Origin: Armatimonadota bacterium
GTDB lineage: Bacteria; Armatimonadota; SYMT01
Length of the DNA: 64,000 nucleotides
Assembly (NCBI GenBank): GCA_041690135.1
Contig: JAWLHY010000007.1
Coordinates: 96,001-160,000 of the forward strand
Direction: 5' to 3'
The notes under the pieces are model-generated. The model ran no database searches. It was given only the letters and a program-made list of their open reading frames with translations, and was not told the DNA's origin. A program made the translations under genes and the position numbers. This document shows, piece by piece, positions 49,063-58,794 of the stretch (positions within the stretch are counted from its first letter, which is position 1; every line of letters begins with the position of its first letter).

Positions 49063-50610
49063 TCACTTTCTATCGATCACGATGCGCCCCTCTACGTCGG
49101 GGGCGACTTCTTTGCGGCTCCGGAGGTAGTTCTCCAGGCCGGCGACGAGCATGTTGCCCTGCTCGGGGCTCACCAGGACTCGCGCCTTGGCGAGCATCTG
49201 GTAGCCATCTCCGCCTTCCAGCAGGTAATCGTTCGTGGCGACCGTATACGTGCGGCCGGACTCCAGTGGTTTTCCCTGCACCCGCACATCCCGGACTCGC
49301 TGCCCCGTCGGGGCGGAGGCATCGATCCGGAAGGTGAGACCGGAGACCTGCGGGAAGCGGCCCAGGGCCTCCGGCAGGCGTCCTACGCCGTGGTTCAGGG
49401 CCTCGAGGAGCACGGCGCCTGTGACCTCCACCTTGGCGATGACTCCGCCGAATGGGTGCATCGCCACCAGGTCGCGCCGGGTCAACTTGCCGGCGGGGTA
49501 GACCCGGTTGCCACGGATGCTCCCGGAGTTCAGAAGCGCGACATCCGCCTCCACATCGGCCCGCATGGCGTCGGCCATCAGGTTCCCAAGATTGGTCTCG
49601 GAAGAGCGGACCTTCTCCTCGATGCCGTCCAGAGGAGTGCGGGTGGTCGCCACCACCTGGTCCATTTCCTTGCTCAGGCGCGCCTCGTAGTCCGCCGCAA
49701 TGCGGGCCGTCTCCGGCTCCTCCGGGAGGGCAGGGGTAATCGGCACCAGCTCGTGGTGGCGCTCCAGGTCGTCGCGGCGCTTCGCGCGGTTCAGGTCGAT
49801 CCGCGCGACGAAGCGGGCGTCCGAGCCGGCCTTGCTGATCAGCGTCCGGTCCACCACGGAGGTGATCGGGAAGTGATCGTGGCCCCCGATGATCACGTCG
49901 ATCTGCGGGAACCGCTGTGCCAGCCGGCGGTCGTCCGCATAGTCCAGATGCGTGAGCGCCACGATGGTGTCCGCTCCCTTCTGCTTCAGGACCGGCAGCA
50001 GGCGGGCCGCCGCGGCGAACGGGTCCTCGATGCGGATGCCCTGGCGCCGGTCCGGGCTGATCTCGCTGCCGGGGAGCAGCAAGCCCAGGTAGCCGACCGT
50101 GAGCGGACCGTACTTCCGGATCACGTAGGGGGCGGCTCCTTCCAGGGGCTTGCCCGTTTTCTCATCCGTGACGTTGGAGACCACCCACTGCCACTTCGCC
50201 TCGCGCATCCGCTGCCGGAGCACGTCGGGGCCGAAGTCGAACTCGTGATTGCCCAGGGTCGCCAGGTCCAGGCCGGCGGCGTTCAGGGCGTCGACCATCT
50301 GCTGCCCCTTGAACACCGTGGAGGCCACGGAGGGGGAGAGAAAGTCGCCGGCAAGCACCAGCACGGGAGTCTTGCCGGCGGCGGCGAGCTGCTTCTTCAG
50401 CGCGGCCACGCGCGCGAGGCCGCCCGCCTTGCCGTTGTCCACGGGCACGGCCGAGTAGACATCGTTGATCTGCAAGAAGGTGACTGCCGAGCCGGCCCGG
50501 ACCGACTCTCCGTCGTCACCGTGGGCGACGCCGAGGCCCAGGGTCGCGAAGAGGGCAAGTAAGAGGGTTGGAAAGAGCGTCGCGAGTGTCTTCGGTTTGG
50601 GAAACTTCAT
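49063..50610 (-). CDS. Secreted 5'-nucleotidase (metallophosphatase + 5_nucleotid_C)
   Basis: 'INDVY','GDFL','GNHEFDFG','GGHDH','ETNLGNLMADA','NSGSIRG','FPQVSG','GGDGY'. Confidence 0.95.
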   Translation of the reverse strand: MKFPKPKTLATLFPTLLLALFATLGLGVAHGDDGESVRAGSAVTFLQINDVYSAVPVDNGKAGGLARVAALKKQLAAAGKTPVLVLAGDFLSPSVASTVFKGQQMVDALNAAGLDLATLGNHEFDFGPDVLRQRMREAKWQWVVSNVTDEKTGKPLEGAAPYVIRKYGPLTVGYLGLLLPGSEISPDRRQGIRIEDPFAAAARLLPVLKQKGADTIVALTHLDYADDRRLAQRFPQIDVIIGGHDHFPITSVVDRTLISKAGSDARFVARIDLNRAKRRDDLERHHELVPITPALPEEPETARIAADYEARLSKEMDQVVATTRTPLDGIEEKVRSSETNLGNLMADAMRADVEADVALLNSGSIRGNRVYPAGKLTRRDLVAMHPFGGVIAKVEVTGAVLLEALNHGVGRLPEALGRFPQVSGLTFRIDASAPTGQRVRDVRVQGKPLESGRTYTVATNDYLLEGGDGYQMLAKARVLVSPEQGNMLVAGLENYLRSRKEVAPDVEGRIVIDRK

Positions 50611-50728
50611 CAGTACACAGGGTGGTGCCCGTCCTCCAACAGCGCGAGCAGGAGGCCCGGCTGGCAGGACGACGACACGACAAACATTACCCAATTTAGT
50701 ACTGTCGGGTTCCCCGAGGATGAATCAA

Positions 50729-50760
50729 AGCGGGGGCGGCGACGAATCGCTGCCCCCGTT
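50729..50760 (-). terminator. Hairpin after the small peptide gene
   Basis: AGCGGGGGCGGCGA-CGAA-TCGCTGCCCCCGTT; followed by TT on the minus strand. Confidence 0.6.
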
Positions 50761-50787
50761 CCCCTACCTGTTACCGACCCGCACGCC

Positions 50788-50976
50788 TTACGCCGGTGCG
50801 GTGCTCCCTGCTTCCGGATTTGCGCTGCCGGCCAGCGTGTCCGGATGGGTGCAGGCATAGAGCTTCTCCGGCTCGGTCTGGATCAGATCACACGACTCCG
50901 TGGGGGTGCCGAGGCTCTCGCAGGAATCGTGTTGAGACACGCCGCATTGCGGCTCTCCGTGAGTGTGTTGTGCCAC
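50788..50976 (-). CDS. Small 62-aa acidic peptide with 4 Cys
   Basis: GTG start after GAAAGG; hairpin immediately downstream; last gene of the minus-strand cluster. Confidence 0.55.
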   Translation of the reverse strand: MAQHTHGEPQCGVSQHDSCESLGTPTESCDLIQTEPEKLYACTHPDTLAGSANPEAGSTAPA

Positions 50977-51089
50977 TTCAGTGCCTTTCCGTTTGGTTTC
51001 ACGACGGCGGATGTTGGATGTGGCTCTCGCGCCCGGATTACCCGCGTGATTTTTACGATCTACCGCAGTTTCCGCGGAGATTCGAAAAG

Positions 51090-54000
51090 TCAGGGACGGG
51101 AAGACCGGGGGATGAGAACCACTGTGCCGTCCATGAGTCCAACGGCCAGGCGGGTGGGGTTGGTTACGAACGTCAGGCTGCTCACAGCACTGGGAAGCGA
51201 GGGGATGGTGATCGTTGGACGGGCCGTTTCAACGTTCCAGAGTTGGACCGTGCGCTCCCGTCCGTTCACCGTGGCCAAGGTGGTGGCATCGGGTGATATG
51301 GCAAATCCTTCTTTGGTTCCCTGGTTGGTGGTTGGGAAGAAGCGCTGTTTGCCCGACACGCAGTGGATGAAGGATATGCCAGTTGGAGAAGCAAACGTCA
51401 GCCATTGACCGTCCGAAGTGAGTTGGATGGGTCCTTCGGCATCCGCGGAGACCTTTCTGGGCTTATCCTCATGGATACGGTCCCACAACAGGAGCTGTGT
51501 CTTGGAGCTATAGATGGCAATTCTTTCGGCATTGCGACTGGCGGCCAGCAAGGTGTAGCCTCGAGGTAGCGTTTGCACCACCTGCGGGGACCATTTCCCG
51601 GCTTCAAAGAGAGCGAGTTTCCCCGTTTCGCCAACGGCAAGTAGATGGGTGCCGCCGTGAGCGAAGGCGAGCGCCTGAACTTTTCCGATGGTGCTCGCCA
51701 CCCGGATGAGCCTCTGGTCGGCCAACCCGGTCAGCACAATGTTCTCGTGTTCCGCACGCGCCAGGACCTGCAGTTCCGGAGAGTAAGCCTGGGGGACGGA
51801 GCGAAACTCTCGTCGCACCAGGAGTGTTCCCTTCGAGTGTAAGGTCCAGTAGTCCCGCCTCCCGGACCGGGTGTGGATCGCAGCCTGGTCCCCGCCAGTA
51901 GAAAAGGCCATAGCGTGCACGGGAAAGTCGGTCCCGCTGTCGAACCGCGGATTCGCCGTTTCGGGTAGGAGTCTCACCACGACCTTCCCGCTTCCTTCGT
52001 CGATTGCGAGGAACTTACCGTCCCGAGAAAGAGCCACCCTACCTGGACCCTTACCCAAAGTCGCGAGATTGGCGACCTCTCGCTGCGATTGCCAGTTCCA
52101 GATCCGAACTACCCCTTCCCGCCCGAGGGTGGCCAGATAGTGGGCGGGTCCCGACCAGGACAGATCGGAAATGCCCAGCCGGTGCCCACTCAAGTTTCCA
52201 ATGAGTTTCCCATCTGCGGAGCGCCAGACCATGACAATGCCCGGGGTTTCACCTTGCATCCCCGGGGTATACGTCCCAACCGCGAGGTGACGCGAGTCCG
52301 GTGAGAACTCCAGGCAACTCGCAGCCGGTTTATGGCCGGTCAATAGGGTGCCGGTATGGCCTGTAAGCCCCCGCTCCGCGAGTGGAAAGATGCGGACGTT
52401 GGAGCCATCAACAGCCCCAGCCAGCAGCCTCCCGTTTGGCGAGAATGACAGCAGGCCGACTGACTTCTCCGGGAGGGTCAACTCCGAGATGCGGCGGGGT
52501 GGTGTGGTGCTCCAGAGCTCTACTCGGGCAGATTGCTTGCGGTTCGTCGGAGGGTCCACCCGTCCGAGGGCGAGCAGTTTCCCATCCGGTGAGAGAGCGG
52601 TAGAGGAGATCCAGCCACTGGGGTGGCAAATGTGGGTCTCTTCACCTGTCCGCATCCGGACCAGCGTCACCTCCCACTTCGTTGCGTTCGGTGGGCTTCC
52701 GGGAGGCGCCACGTGGGCGGCTGCGCGTACCATTAGCGATCCTGTCCCATCCACTGCGGGGTCGTGCCAGGTCCAGTTGGGATTCTCGCGTGCGGTCCGC
52801 GAAAAGTCTTGGGGTTCGGGAACGGTGTGTGTCTCCCGCCTCGTCTCCGCATCCCAGTACTGGGTGTGGTAGTAAAGCCCGGCGCGTATGAGTGTCCGGC
52901 CGTCCGGAAGGAAGGCGAGATGGTTTGCAATGCCCGGCGGCGTGGGGAGCGTGAGGGGCGGGCGCTCCAGTAGGGACGAGAGGTAGTGCCACTCGAAGCC
53001 GCGCAGGTCCCGCTCTCCCGGTTGGGGCGAGTACCGGGCCAGCAGCTTCTCGGCCTGCGCCATTTCCCCGGCGGCGAGCGCCTGTTGGGCGGCTCGCATG
53101 TCGTCGACGTACCGGTTGAGGCGCAGGCTCTCGCCGCGCTGTTCGGCCCGCGTGAACTGGTGATATGCGACGTAGCTGGCGACGCTCGCGACCAGCAGGG
53201 CCGTAGAGAGGGCGGCGGCCCGGAACATGCCCCGGATGTAGGCCTTCCGCTGGCGCCTCACCTCCGCGTCCGGCATAGCGGAGCGGACCCATTCCGGGTC
53301 GAACGCACCGGCATAGATGCGGTTCCGCACCACCAGCCGGCCGTTCACGGAGCGCACGATGCCGGAGAGGCGCAGGATGCTGATGAGCGGGTGGAGCGCA
53401 TCGTCCTTGATCGCCTTCTTTCGCCACACCTGCCCGTACAGCTCCAGCAACCCGCCGAGATCCGTACCGCTGCGGAGCAGGCGCTCCCGCACGAACATCA
53501 GGTTGTCGTCGCGCTCGCGGGCGCCGGGGGCGAGGAACAACTCCTCGCAAAGGATATCGACATCGGAAGGATGTTTTGAAGGATGAAGGCGGAAGGATGA
53601 AGGGGACTGCGGCCGATTAGGATGAAGATTACGATTAGGATAACGGGGGGGCGAGGATCTTGAAGAATGAGCTGAAGCGCCTTCCTTTATCCTTTCGCTA
53701 ACTGCCTGGCAGAGGCGTTGGGTGAGGTAGGGATGGCCGCCGGTCCAGTAGAGCACCCGTTGGAGCAACTCCCGTTTTTCCGCGGTGGAGACGGCGTCGG
53801 GGTCTCCCAACTCCTGCGCGAAACCGGCGGCCAGGGGTGCGGCTTCCGTTTCGGTGAAGTCGTCGAGATCGATCCGACGGCCGATGTTGAAGGGTGTCGT
53901 GCGCGGGTCCTGGATCAGGTCGGAGGGGGTGGCTACGCCCACCAGGCAGAAGGTGAGGCGGTGCATCTCCGGGTCGTGGGGGCGACGGTTGTAGCACTCG

Positions 54001-54479
54001 CGGATGGCGGCGAAGAATTCATCCGTGTTGAAGGGCAGGCTCCGCACCGCGTCGATCTCGTCCACGAAGATGACGAGCTGGCCGGAACAGCGGGGCAGCA
54101 CCACTTCTCGCAGGGCCGCCATCCAGCGTTGCAGCGGCCCGAGCAGTTCTTGTTCCGCCCAGAAGGCGCGTACTTCATGTCGCGTGCGAGTCTGCTGGGC
54201 CAGCGCCTGGAGCAGGCCGTAGTACCACTGCTCCTGCGTGAGCATCTGGCCCACCATCGTGAGGTCGAGGACGGCGACGCACACCCCCTCGGCGCGCAGC
54301 CGCACGGCGGTGCGCACCATCAGGGACGACTTGCCCATCTGGCGTGGCGTGAGGACGTAGCAGAACTCGCTCCGCCGGAGGCCCTCGTAGAGGTGCCGGT
54401 CCGCGGCCCGCTCCACATAGCATGGGGCGTCCGGGACCAGGGTGCCACCGGTAACGAAAAACCCGGCATGCGCGCTCAC
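51090..54479 (-). CDS. AAA_35 (STAND-like) NTPase + hydrophobic segment + degenerate WD40 repeats
   Basis: GTG 54479 overlaps the upstream TGA (GTGA); 'YVERAAD','PRQMGKSSL','FVDEID','TPFNIG','TGGHPYLTQRLC','NRIY','RGFEWHYL', then WD-like repeats. Confidence 0.88.
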   Translation of the reverse strand: MSAHAGFFVTGGTLVPDAPCYVERAADRHLYEGLRRSEFCYVLTPRQMGKSSLMVRTAVRLRAEGVCVAVLDLTMVGQMLTQEQWYYGLLQALAQQTRTRHEVRAFWAEQELLGPLQRWMAALREVVLPRCSGQLVIFVDEIDAVRSLPFNTDEFFAAIRECYNRRPHDPEMHRLTFCLVGVATPSDLIQDPRTTPFNIGRRIDLDDFTETEAAPLAAGFAQELGDPDAVSTAEKRELLQRVLYWTGGHPYLTQRLCQAVSERIKEGASAHSSRSSPPRYPNRNLHPNRPQSPSSFRLHPSKHPSDVDILCEELFLAPGARERDDNLMFVRERLLRSGTDLGGLLELYGQVWRKKAIKDDALHPLISILRLSGIVRSVNGRLVVRNRIYAGAFDPEWVRSAMPDAEVRRQRKAYIRGMFRAAALSTALLVASVASYVAYHQFTRAEQRGESLRLNRYVDDMRAAQQALAAGEMAQAEKLLARYSPQPGERDLRGFEWHYLSSLLERPPLTLPTPPGIANHLAFLPDGRTLIRAGLYYHTQYWDAETRRETHTVPEPQDFSRTARENPNWTWHDPAVDGTGSLMVRAAAHVAPPGSPPNATKWEVTLVRMRTGEETHICHPSGWISSTALSPDGKLLALGRVDPPTNRKQSARVELWSTTPPRRISELTLPEKSVGLLSFSPNGRLLAGAVDGSNVRIFPLAERGLTGHTGTLLTGHKPAASCLEFSPDSRHLAVGTYTPGMQGETPGIVMVWRSADGKLIGNLSGHRLGISDLSWSGPAHYLATLGREGVVRIWNWQSQREVANLATLGKGPGRVALSRDGKFLAIDEGSGKVVVRLLPETANPRFDSGTDFPVHAMAFSTGGDQAAIHTRSGRRDYWTLHSKGTLLVRREFRSVPQAYSPELQVLARAEHENIVLTGLADQRLIRVASTIGKVQALAFAHGGTHLLAVGETGKLALFEAGKWSPQVVQTLPRGYTLLAASRNAERIAIYSSKTQLLLWDRIHEDKPRKVSADAEGPIQLTSDGQWLTFASPTGISFIHCVSGKQRFFPTTNQGTKEGFAISPDATTLATVNGRERTVQLWNVETARPTITIPSLPSAVSSLTFVTNPTRLAVGLMDGTVVLIPRSSRP

Positions 54480-57139
54480 AGCAGGTGCCTTTCCAGGTAC
54501 GTGGCATACAGCCGGCAACGCGGGCGCGCGTCCCGCGGCGAAAGACCGGTCAGCAGTCCCGCGCTCCAGAGGCGGAAGTAGCTCTCCGGCGTGGGGCACG
54601 GGCGCCCCTGGAGTACTCCGCGCATCACCTCCGCGAGCTCCGGGTCCTTGAGGACCAGCAGGAGCATGTGGCCCAGGTGATCCCCGAATACGGAGTCTTC
54701 CTGCTCGGCCAGCCGCTCCAACTCCGCCAGGGTACGGCCCTGGCTGGCCAGCTCGTGTAGGCCGCGATGGCTCAGGTAGGGATGCCCTCCCAGCAATTCC
54801 CAATAGCGCTCTTCTTCCCGGCTATCCTGCAGCGGACCCCCATAGCGGGCGTTCAGTTCCTGGATCTGCTCCAGGCTGAAGTCCCGTAGGGCGATGCGCG
54901 TGCCCACGTTAAAGGGAGACTGGTTCAGGTCCGTGATAAAGAGATGGGCTTCCGTGGCGTAGGCGAGGGCGAGCGTGAGACGAGACCAGGGCAGCATCGG
55001 GTTAAGAGCACGCTCGTTATGCCACGAGCGGAACAGGCCGAATACCTCGCTGCCGAACGGGGAAGTGAACAGGCGGTCGACTTCGTCCAGACCCCACACC
55101 AGCGGCTCCTCAATGCGTTCCATGATCTCGTAACAGAAGAACTCTCGGAAGTTCCAGCTCGGGCCGTGGAGCGGGTCCCACACTTCATCCGGCGAAACGT
55201 CGAGGTTCAACTGCCGCACCGCCGAGCGCGCCAGCGCTCGGAAGAAGCCGTCGACCGACTCCAGTTGATCGCGGTTGAAGACCTGGAAGTCGGTAAGAAG
55301 CACGCGCTTGCCTTGCGCACGGGCGACACTGAGCCCGCGGGCGAGAAGCGAAGTCTTTCCCATCTGGCGAGCGCCCTTGATACGCACGATGCTGTCTTGC
55401 CGGTCGATGGCGGCCGCAAACAGCTCGTCAGTGTCGCGGGGTACGTAGAAGCGCGACTCGAGAGGGAGCACTCCGGTAGGCGGGGTGAGTTCTCTTCGCC
55501 ACTGGCTCGAGAGCAGCACGCCGGGGTTGCGGAGTGCGTCGCGGATTTCTCCGGCCACGCGTTCGGCAGAGCCGGACCAGCGAAGGGATGGCAGGTCGCT
55601 CACCAGCGGTACCAATACCCCCTGGATGCCCGTCGGTTCGGTCAGCCACACCGGCAGAACCCTCGGTCTCCCTTGGTGTTGGGCGGCTTCCAGCGCCACC
55701 TGCACCGTGTAGGCGAGCATCTCGCTGTGCACCGTTGCCGCGGAGACCAGGGGAAGGACGAGATCGGCCCGGTGGATCGCCTGTTCCTGCGCCAGGATCG
55801 CTCCCACGCCGCTCACGGGCGTTCGCGTCTGGACGCGGCAGCCCTGGGACCGAAGGAGGGAAGCCAGCTGCGCGGCAACGCGCTCGGTATCCGAACCGGG
55901 TTGCCCCAGGAGTACGATCTCCTGCTCTTTCCAGTCATCCGTATCCGCCTTTGGCTCGACGGGATTTGGAAGCGGCTGTGGCGCGTGCCGGGATCGCACA
56001 TCGTGTCCGAGTAACGCCAGTTCGGCAGCCTCGTCGGCGGTTTCGGCAATCTCCAGGCGCAATCCACGCGCCTCCCAATCCCGCCGGATCGTTTCCGCCG
56101 GCCGGTTCTCCGGTCCGGTGATCACGGTGACCATTTCGCCCCGGTTGGCCAGGCGCAAGGCGGCCTCCAGTTTGGGGGCACTCCCCTCGAAGCCCGCGAC
56201 GTGCCCCAGGGTTCGATTGGGCCGGACCGTGGCCGCAACCACGCATGTGGGGTGGGGGGTCTGGTTCCGTAACAGGTGCAGGAGCCCGGCATAGGCGGCC
56301 CCCTGCAAGGAGCACCCTTCCAGCGGCGCGGGCCGACCGCCCTGCGGGTGCTCCTCCCAGGGAACACCCCCCAACCACCACCGGACATCCTCTCCTTCCA
56401 GGCGTCCCTGGCGCTCGGCTACCATCTGCCACGCGTCATCGATCGCCAGTTTCAGGTCGGGCTGGAGCGGATCGAAAAGCGTGTTGGCGGCCTGGAAGAA
56501 TTCTCCGTATCCTCCGGCCAGGCGCTCCAGCCAGAGCCACACGATGTATCCCTTCCCGCCCCGCGCCAGCAGCACGGGGCAGCGTACCTGATGGATCCGG
56601 GAGAGAGAACCGGCGTACTGCGGGGAACCGGCCAGAATCGAGAGGACCGTACTCTGGGCGGAAGCGATCCGCGCGGTGCGCTGCGGCATCCGGGAGAGAA
56701 GTTGTCCAAAACAGTACCGGACGAGTTCCGCACCGTTCTCGCGAGGCTGCCAGGCCGGGATCTCATGCGTCACTTGCACGGGGTTCCGGTCTCCGAGTGC
56801 GCGAAATCCCCAGTGCTGTAAGTCCCGGGAAGCATCGCGGGAGGTCACGGCGAGTGACGCTACCGCCGCGGCGGCGAGAATCCGGCAGGCGGCCTCCGTG
56901 CGCTCTTCAACGCATTGCGAATCCCCCAGGCACGCCTCAACAACCGGCGATCGGTCCCAATCGCCGGAGAGATACTGATAGGCACGTTCCAGGCTCCGCA
57001 CGCTGTCGGGGGTTTGGACCGCCTCTTCACAACCGCGCCAGAGACACCCCTGGCTCAGGAGTGCCTGCCAGGCGTGTTGCTTCTGCCGGGTGGTGCCGGT
57101 TGCCAGGAGGCATGAGAGGTCGAGGAGTTGCGCTAACAT
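54476..57139 (-). CDS. Fusion: Lon-like (S16) protease domain + degenerate TIR + AAA_35 NTPase
   Basis: 'PLEGCSLQGA'(S277)...'GHVAGFEGSAPKLEAA'(K323); TIR-like 'AIHRADLVLPLVSAATVHSEM..RVLPV'; 'GARQMGKTSL','LDEVD','NQSPFNVG','GGHPYL'. Confidence 0.78.
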   Translation of the reverse strand: MLAQLLDLSCLLATGTTRQKQHAWQALLSQGCLWRGCEEAVQTPDSVRSLERAYQYLSGDWDRSPVVEACLGDSQCVEERTEAACRILAAAAVASLAVTSRDASRDLQHWGFRALGDRNPVQVTHEIPAWQPRENGAELVRYCFGQLLSRMPQRTARIASAQSTVLSILAGSPQYAGSLSRIHQVRCPVLLARGGKGYIVWLWLERLAGGYGEFFQAANTLFDPLQPDLKLAIDDAWQMVAERQGRLEGEDVRWWLGGVPWEEHPQGGRPAPLEGCSLQGAAYAGLLHLLRNQTPHPTCVVAATVRPNRTLGHVAGFEGSAPKLEAALRLANRGEMVTVITGPENRPAETIRRDWEARGLRLEIAETADEAAELALLGHDVRSRHAPQPLPNPVEPKADTDDWKEQEIVLLGQPGSDTERVAAQLASLLRSQGCRVQTRTPVSGVGAILAQEQAIHRADLVLPLVSAATVHSEMLAYTVQVALEAAQHQGRPRVLPVWLTEPTGIQGVLVPLVSDLPSLRWSGSAERVAGEIRDALRNPGVLLSSQWRRELTPPTGVLPLESRFYVPRDTDELFAAAIDRQDSIVRIKGARQMGKTSLLARGLSVARAQGKRVLLTDFQVFNRDQLESVDGFFRALARSAVRQLNLDVSPDEVWDPLHGPSWNFREFFCYEIMERIEEPLVWGLDEVDRLFTSPFGSEVFGLFRSWHNERALNPMLPWSRLTLALAYATEAHLFITDLNQSPFNVGTRIALRDFSLEQIQELNARYGGPLQDSREEERYWELLGGHPYLSHRGLHELASQGRTLAELERLAEQEDSVFGDHLGHMLLLVLKDPELAEVMRGVLQGRPCPTPESYFRLWSAGLLTGLSPRDARPRCRLYATYLERHLL

Positions 57140-57154
57140 CCAGGGCCGGCCTGT

Positions 57155-58087
57155 CTAGGACTGTGCCGCCTGACCCGATGCCCCTTCCGCGCCGAGGCGA
57201 GCGCGAAGGGTCGAAAGGGGAAGGGCGTGCGGTAAGTTCCGCGACTCCGCTGTCTCCAGCCACCGCATCCAGGCGTGGCGGGAAGCCGCATCGGGAAACT
57301 CTCGCGTAGACGCCTCCAGGGCTTCCCACTCCGGTGGCCCGAGAAGGCTGGGGTCCACGGGGCTCACCACCAGCCCCTCACAGCAACCATGCAGTCGCGT
57401 GTAGAGTTCCTCCTTCGTGTACTTGGCGTGCCCGGTGTACCATCCTTCCACGTCCGGGTGGAGCACGGTAAACCCCTCGATCACGTGGTTGCGCCCGCGA
57501 CCGTAAAGCAAGATGCCGACGAGGTGATGGTTGAGCCGCGCGTCTCGCGAGCGCACTTCCAACACCAGGGAGGTCTCCTCCTCGCTCAACTCCGCTTCGA
57601 GACTATCGTCAGCGGAAGATGCCACGATACGCAAGGGAGAACTGCCCGCCACCAGCGCCTGGGGATGGGGAAGGGGCGCGAGGGACATGCAGGCGGCGAC
57701 TCGTCTTCGGAGAGCCTGCAATTGCTGGGCACGTGCGTTACATGCCGTGCAGCCGCCTTCCAGAAGGTGATAATCCACGCCGCGACGGCTCGCCTCCGGC
57801 AGCAAATTCAGTTCCGCAAAGAGGAGCAGTCTCCAGGGGAGGTGAGGCAAGTTACGCGCCATTTGAGCACAAAGGCGCGCGCAGCGAACGCACCGGTTCG
57901 GATGGGCGCGTTCCGCCTCGCTGAGTTGCGTTGGGTTGAGTGCCAGCCGCCGCGCCTGGCTCAAAGACAGGCACGCTTCCGGGCCGTTCGGGTGTCCGGC
58001 AGCCACGGAGCCCCAAGGGTTTCGAAGTCCGTCAAGAAGCTGGTCGAGACGCTCTTCGGATAACGGCGCAGATGAAAGGTCCCTCAT
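57155..58087 (-). CDS. Soluble anti-sigma-like protein with two zinc-finger (ZAS/zf-HC-like) motifs
   Basis: 'C..HPNRCVRC' (HxxxCxxC) and 'H..HLLEGGCTAC'; immediately downstream of an ECF sigma; no clear TM helix. Confidence 0.68.
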   Translation of the reverse strand: MRDLSSAPLSEERLDQLLDGLRNPWGSVAAGHPNGPEACLSLSQARRLALNPTQLSEAERAHPNRCVRCARLCAQMARNLPHLPWRLLLFAELNLLPEASRRGVDYHLLEGGCTACNARAQQLQALRRRVAACMSLAPLPHPQALVAGSSPLRIVASSADDSLEAELSEEETSLVLEVRSRDARLNHHLVGILLYGRGRNHVIEGFTVLHPDVEGWYTGHAKYTKEELYTRLHGCCEGLVVSPVDPSLLGPPEWEALEASTREFPDAASRHAWMRWLETAESRNLPHALPLSTLRARLGAEGASGQAAQS

Positions 58088-58149
58088 TGGCGTTGACTTT
58101 CTTTTTTCTTTCCCGGTGAATCCCGGCCGTGGCGCGGTCTTCGCGGTGG

Positions 58150-58794
58150 TTAGCGGTAACCCTTGCGTTCGAGACAGGTTCGCAGGAGCGCCCGGCTCTT
58201 GGCGCAGAGCGTGGATACCTGGGACGGCCACTTCTCCCACAATTCGGCGATCTCTTTGTGCGACTTCGTTCCCAGGCCATGCTTCTCACACAACAGAATC
58301 ACGCTGCGTGTCTCCTCGTCGAGGTACGCCAGGCAATCCGTAATGTCTTCGGCCGTCTGTCGAGTCAGGAGGGTCCCCTCCGGGTCCCCGCATTCGATCT
58401 CCAGGTCCCCTGCCGGTTCCTCACGATTCCCCCGCAGCCGGTTAATGGCCAGGTTCCTCGCCACCGTCAACACGTACCCGGCCAGGGGTTGGTGCGGATC
58501 GAAGTCCGGAAGATCCCGGGTGACGTAGAGGCGGACGATCACTTCCTGAACGAGGTCTTCCACGTCCGCACCACGAAGGCCTCGCTTTAGAAAGACCCCC
58601 CAGAGCCGCGTTCGCCACCGCTCCGCCAGGCATTCAAAAGCAGGCTCCGCCCCCTCGAAAAAGCTTTGCAGCAATTCTTCGTCCGACCGGTTCTCGTCCG
58701 GAAGGCTCATTCGCTCGGGCCTCTCGTTCGCCGGGGTAGTCCGCTCCGTCACCCCTCCTACATCGGTACACACATCAGCACTCGAATTGTTCAT
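58150..58794 (-). CDS. ECF sigma-70 factor (start 58794 or 58710)
   Basis: 'SDEELL..AFECLAERW','VEDLVQEV','YVLTVARNLAINRLR','LDEETRSVILL..SHKEIAEL'. Confidence 0.88.
   Translation of the reverse strand: MNNSSADVCTDVGGVTERTTPANERPERMSLPDENRSDEELLQSFFEGAEPAFECLAERWRTRLWGVFLKRGLRGADVEDLVQEVIVRLYVTRDLPDFDPHQPLAGYVLTVARNLAINRLRGNREEPAGDLEIECGDPEGTLLTRQTAEDITDCLAYLDEETRSVILLCEKHGLGTKSHKEIAELWEKWPSQVSTLCAKSRALLRTCLERKGYR

Noticed and set aside
54480-54803. N-terminal extension of the 1237-aa ORF
   Set aside because: It overlaps the upstream gene; the paralog alignment and GTGA coupling place the start at 54479.
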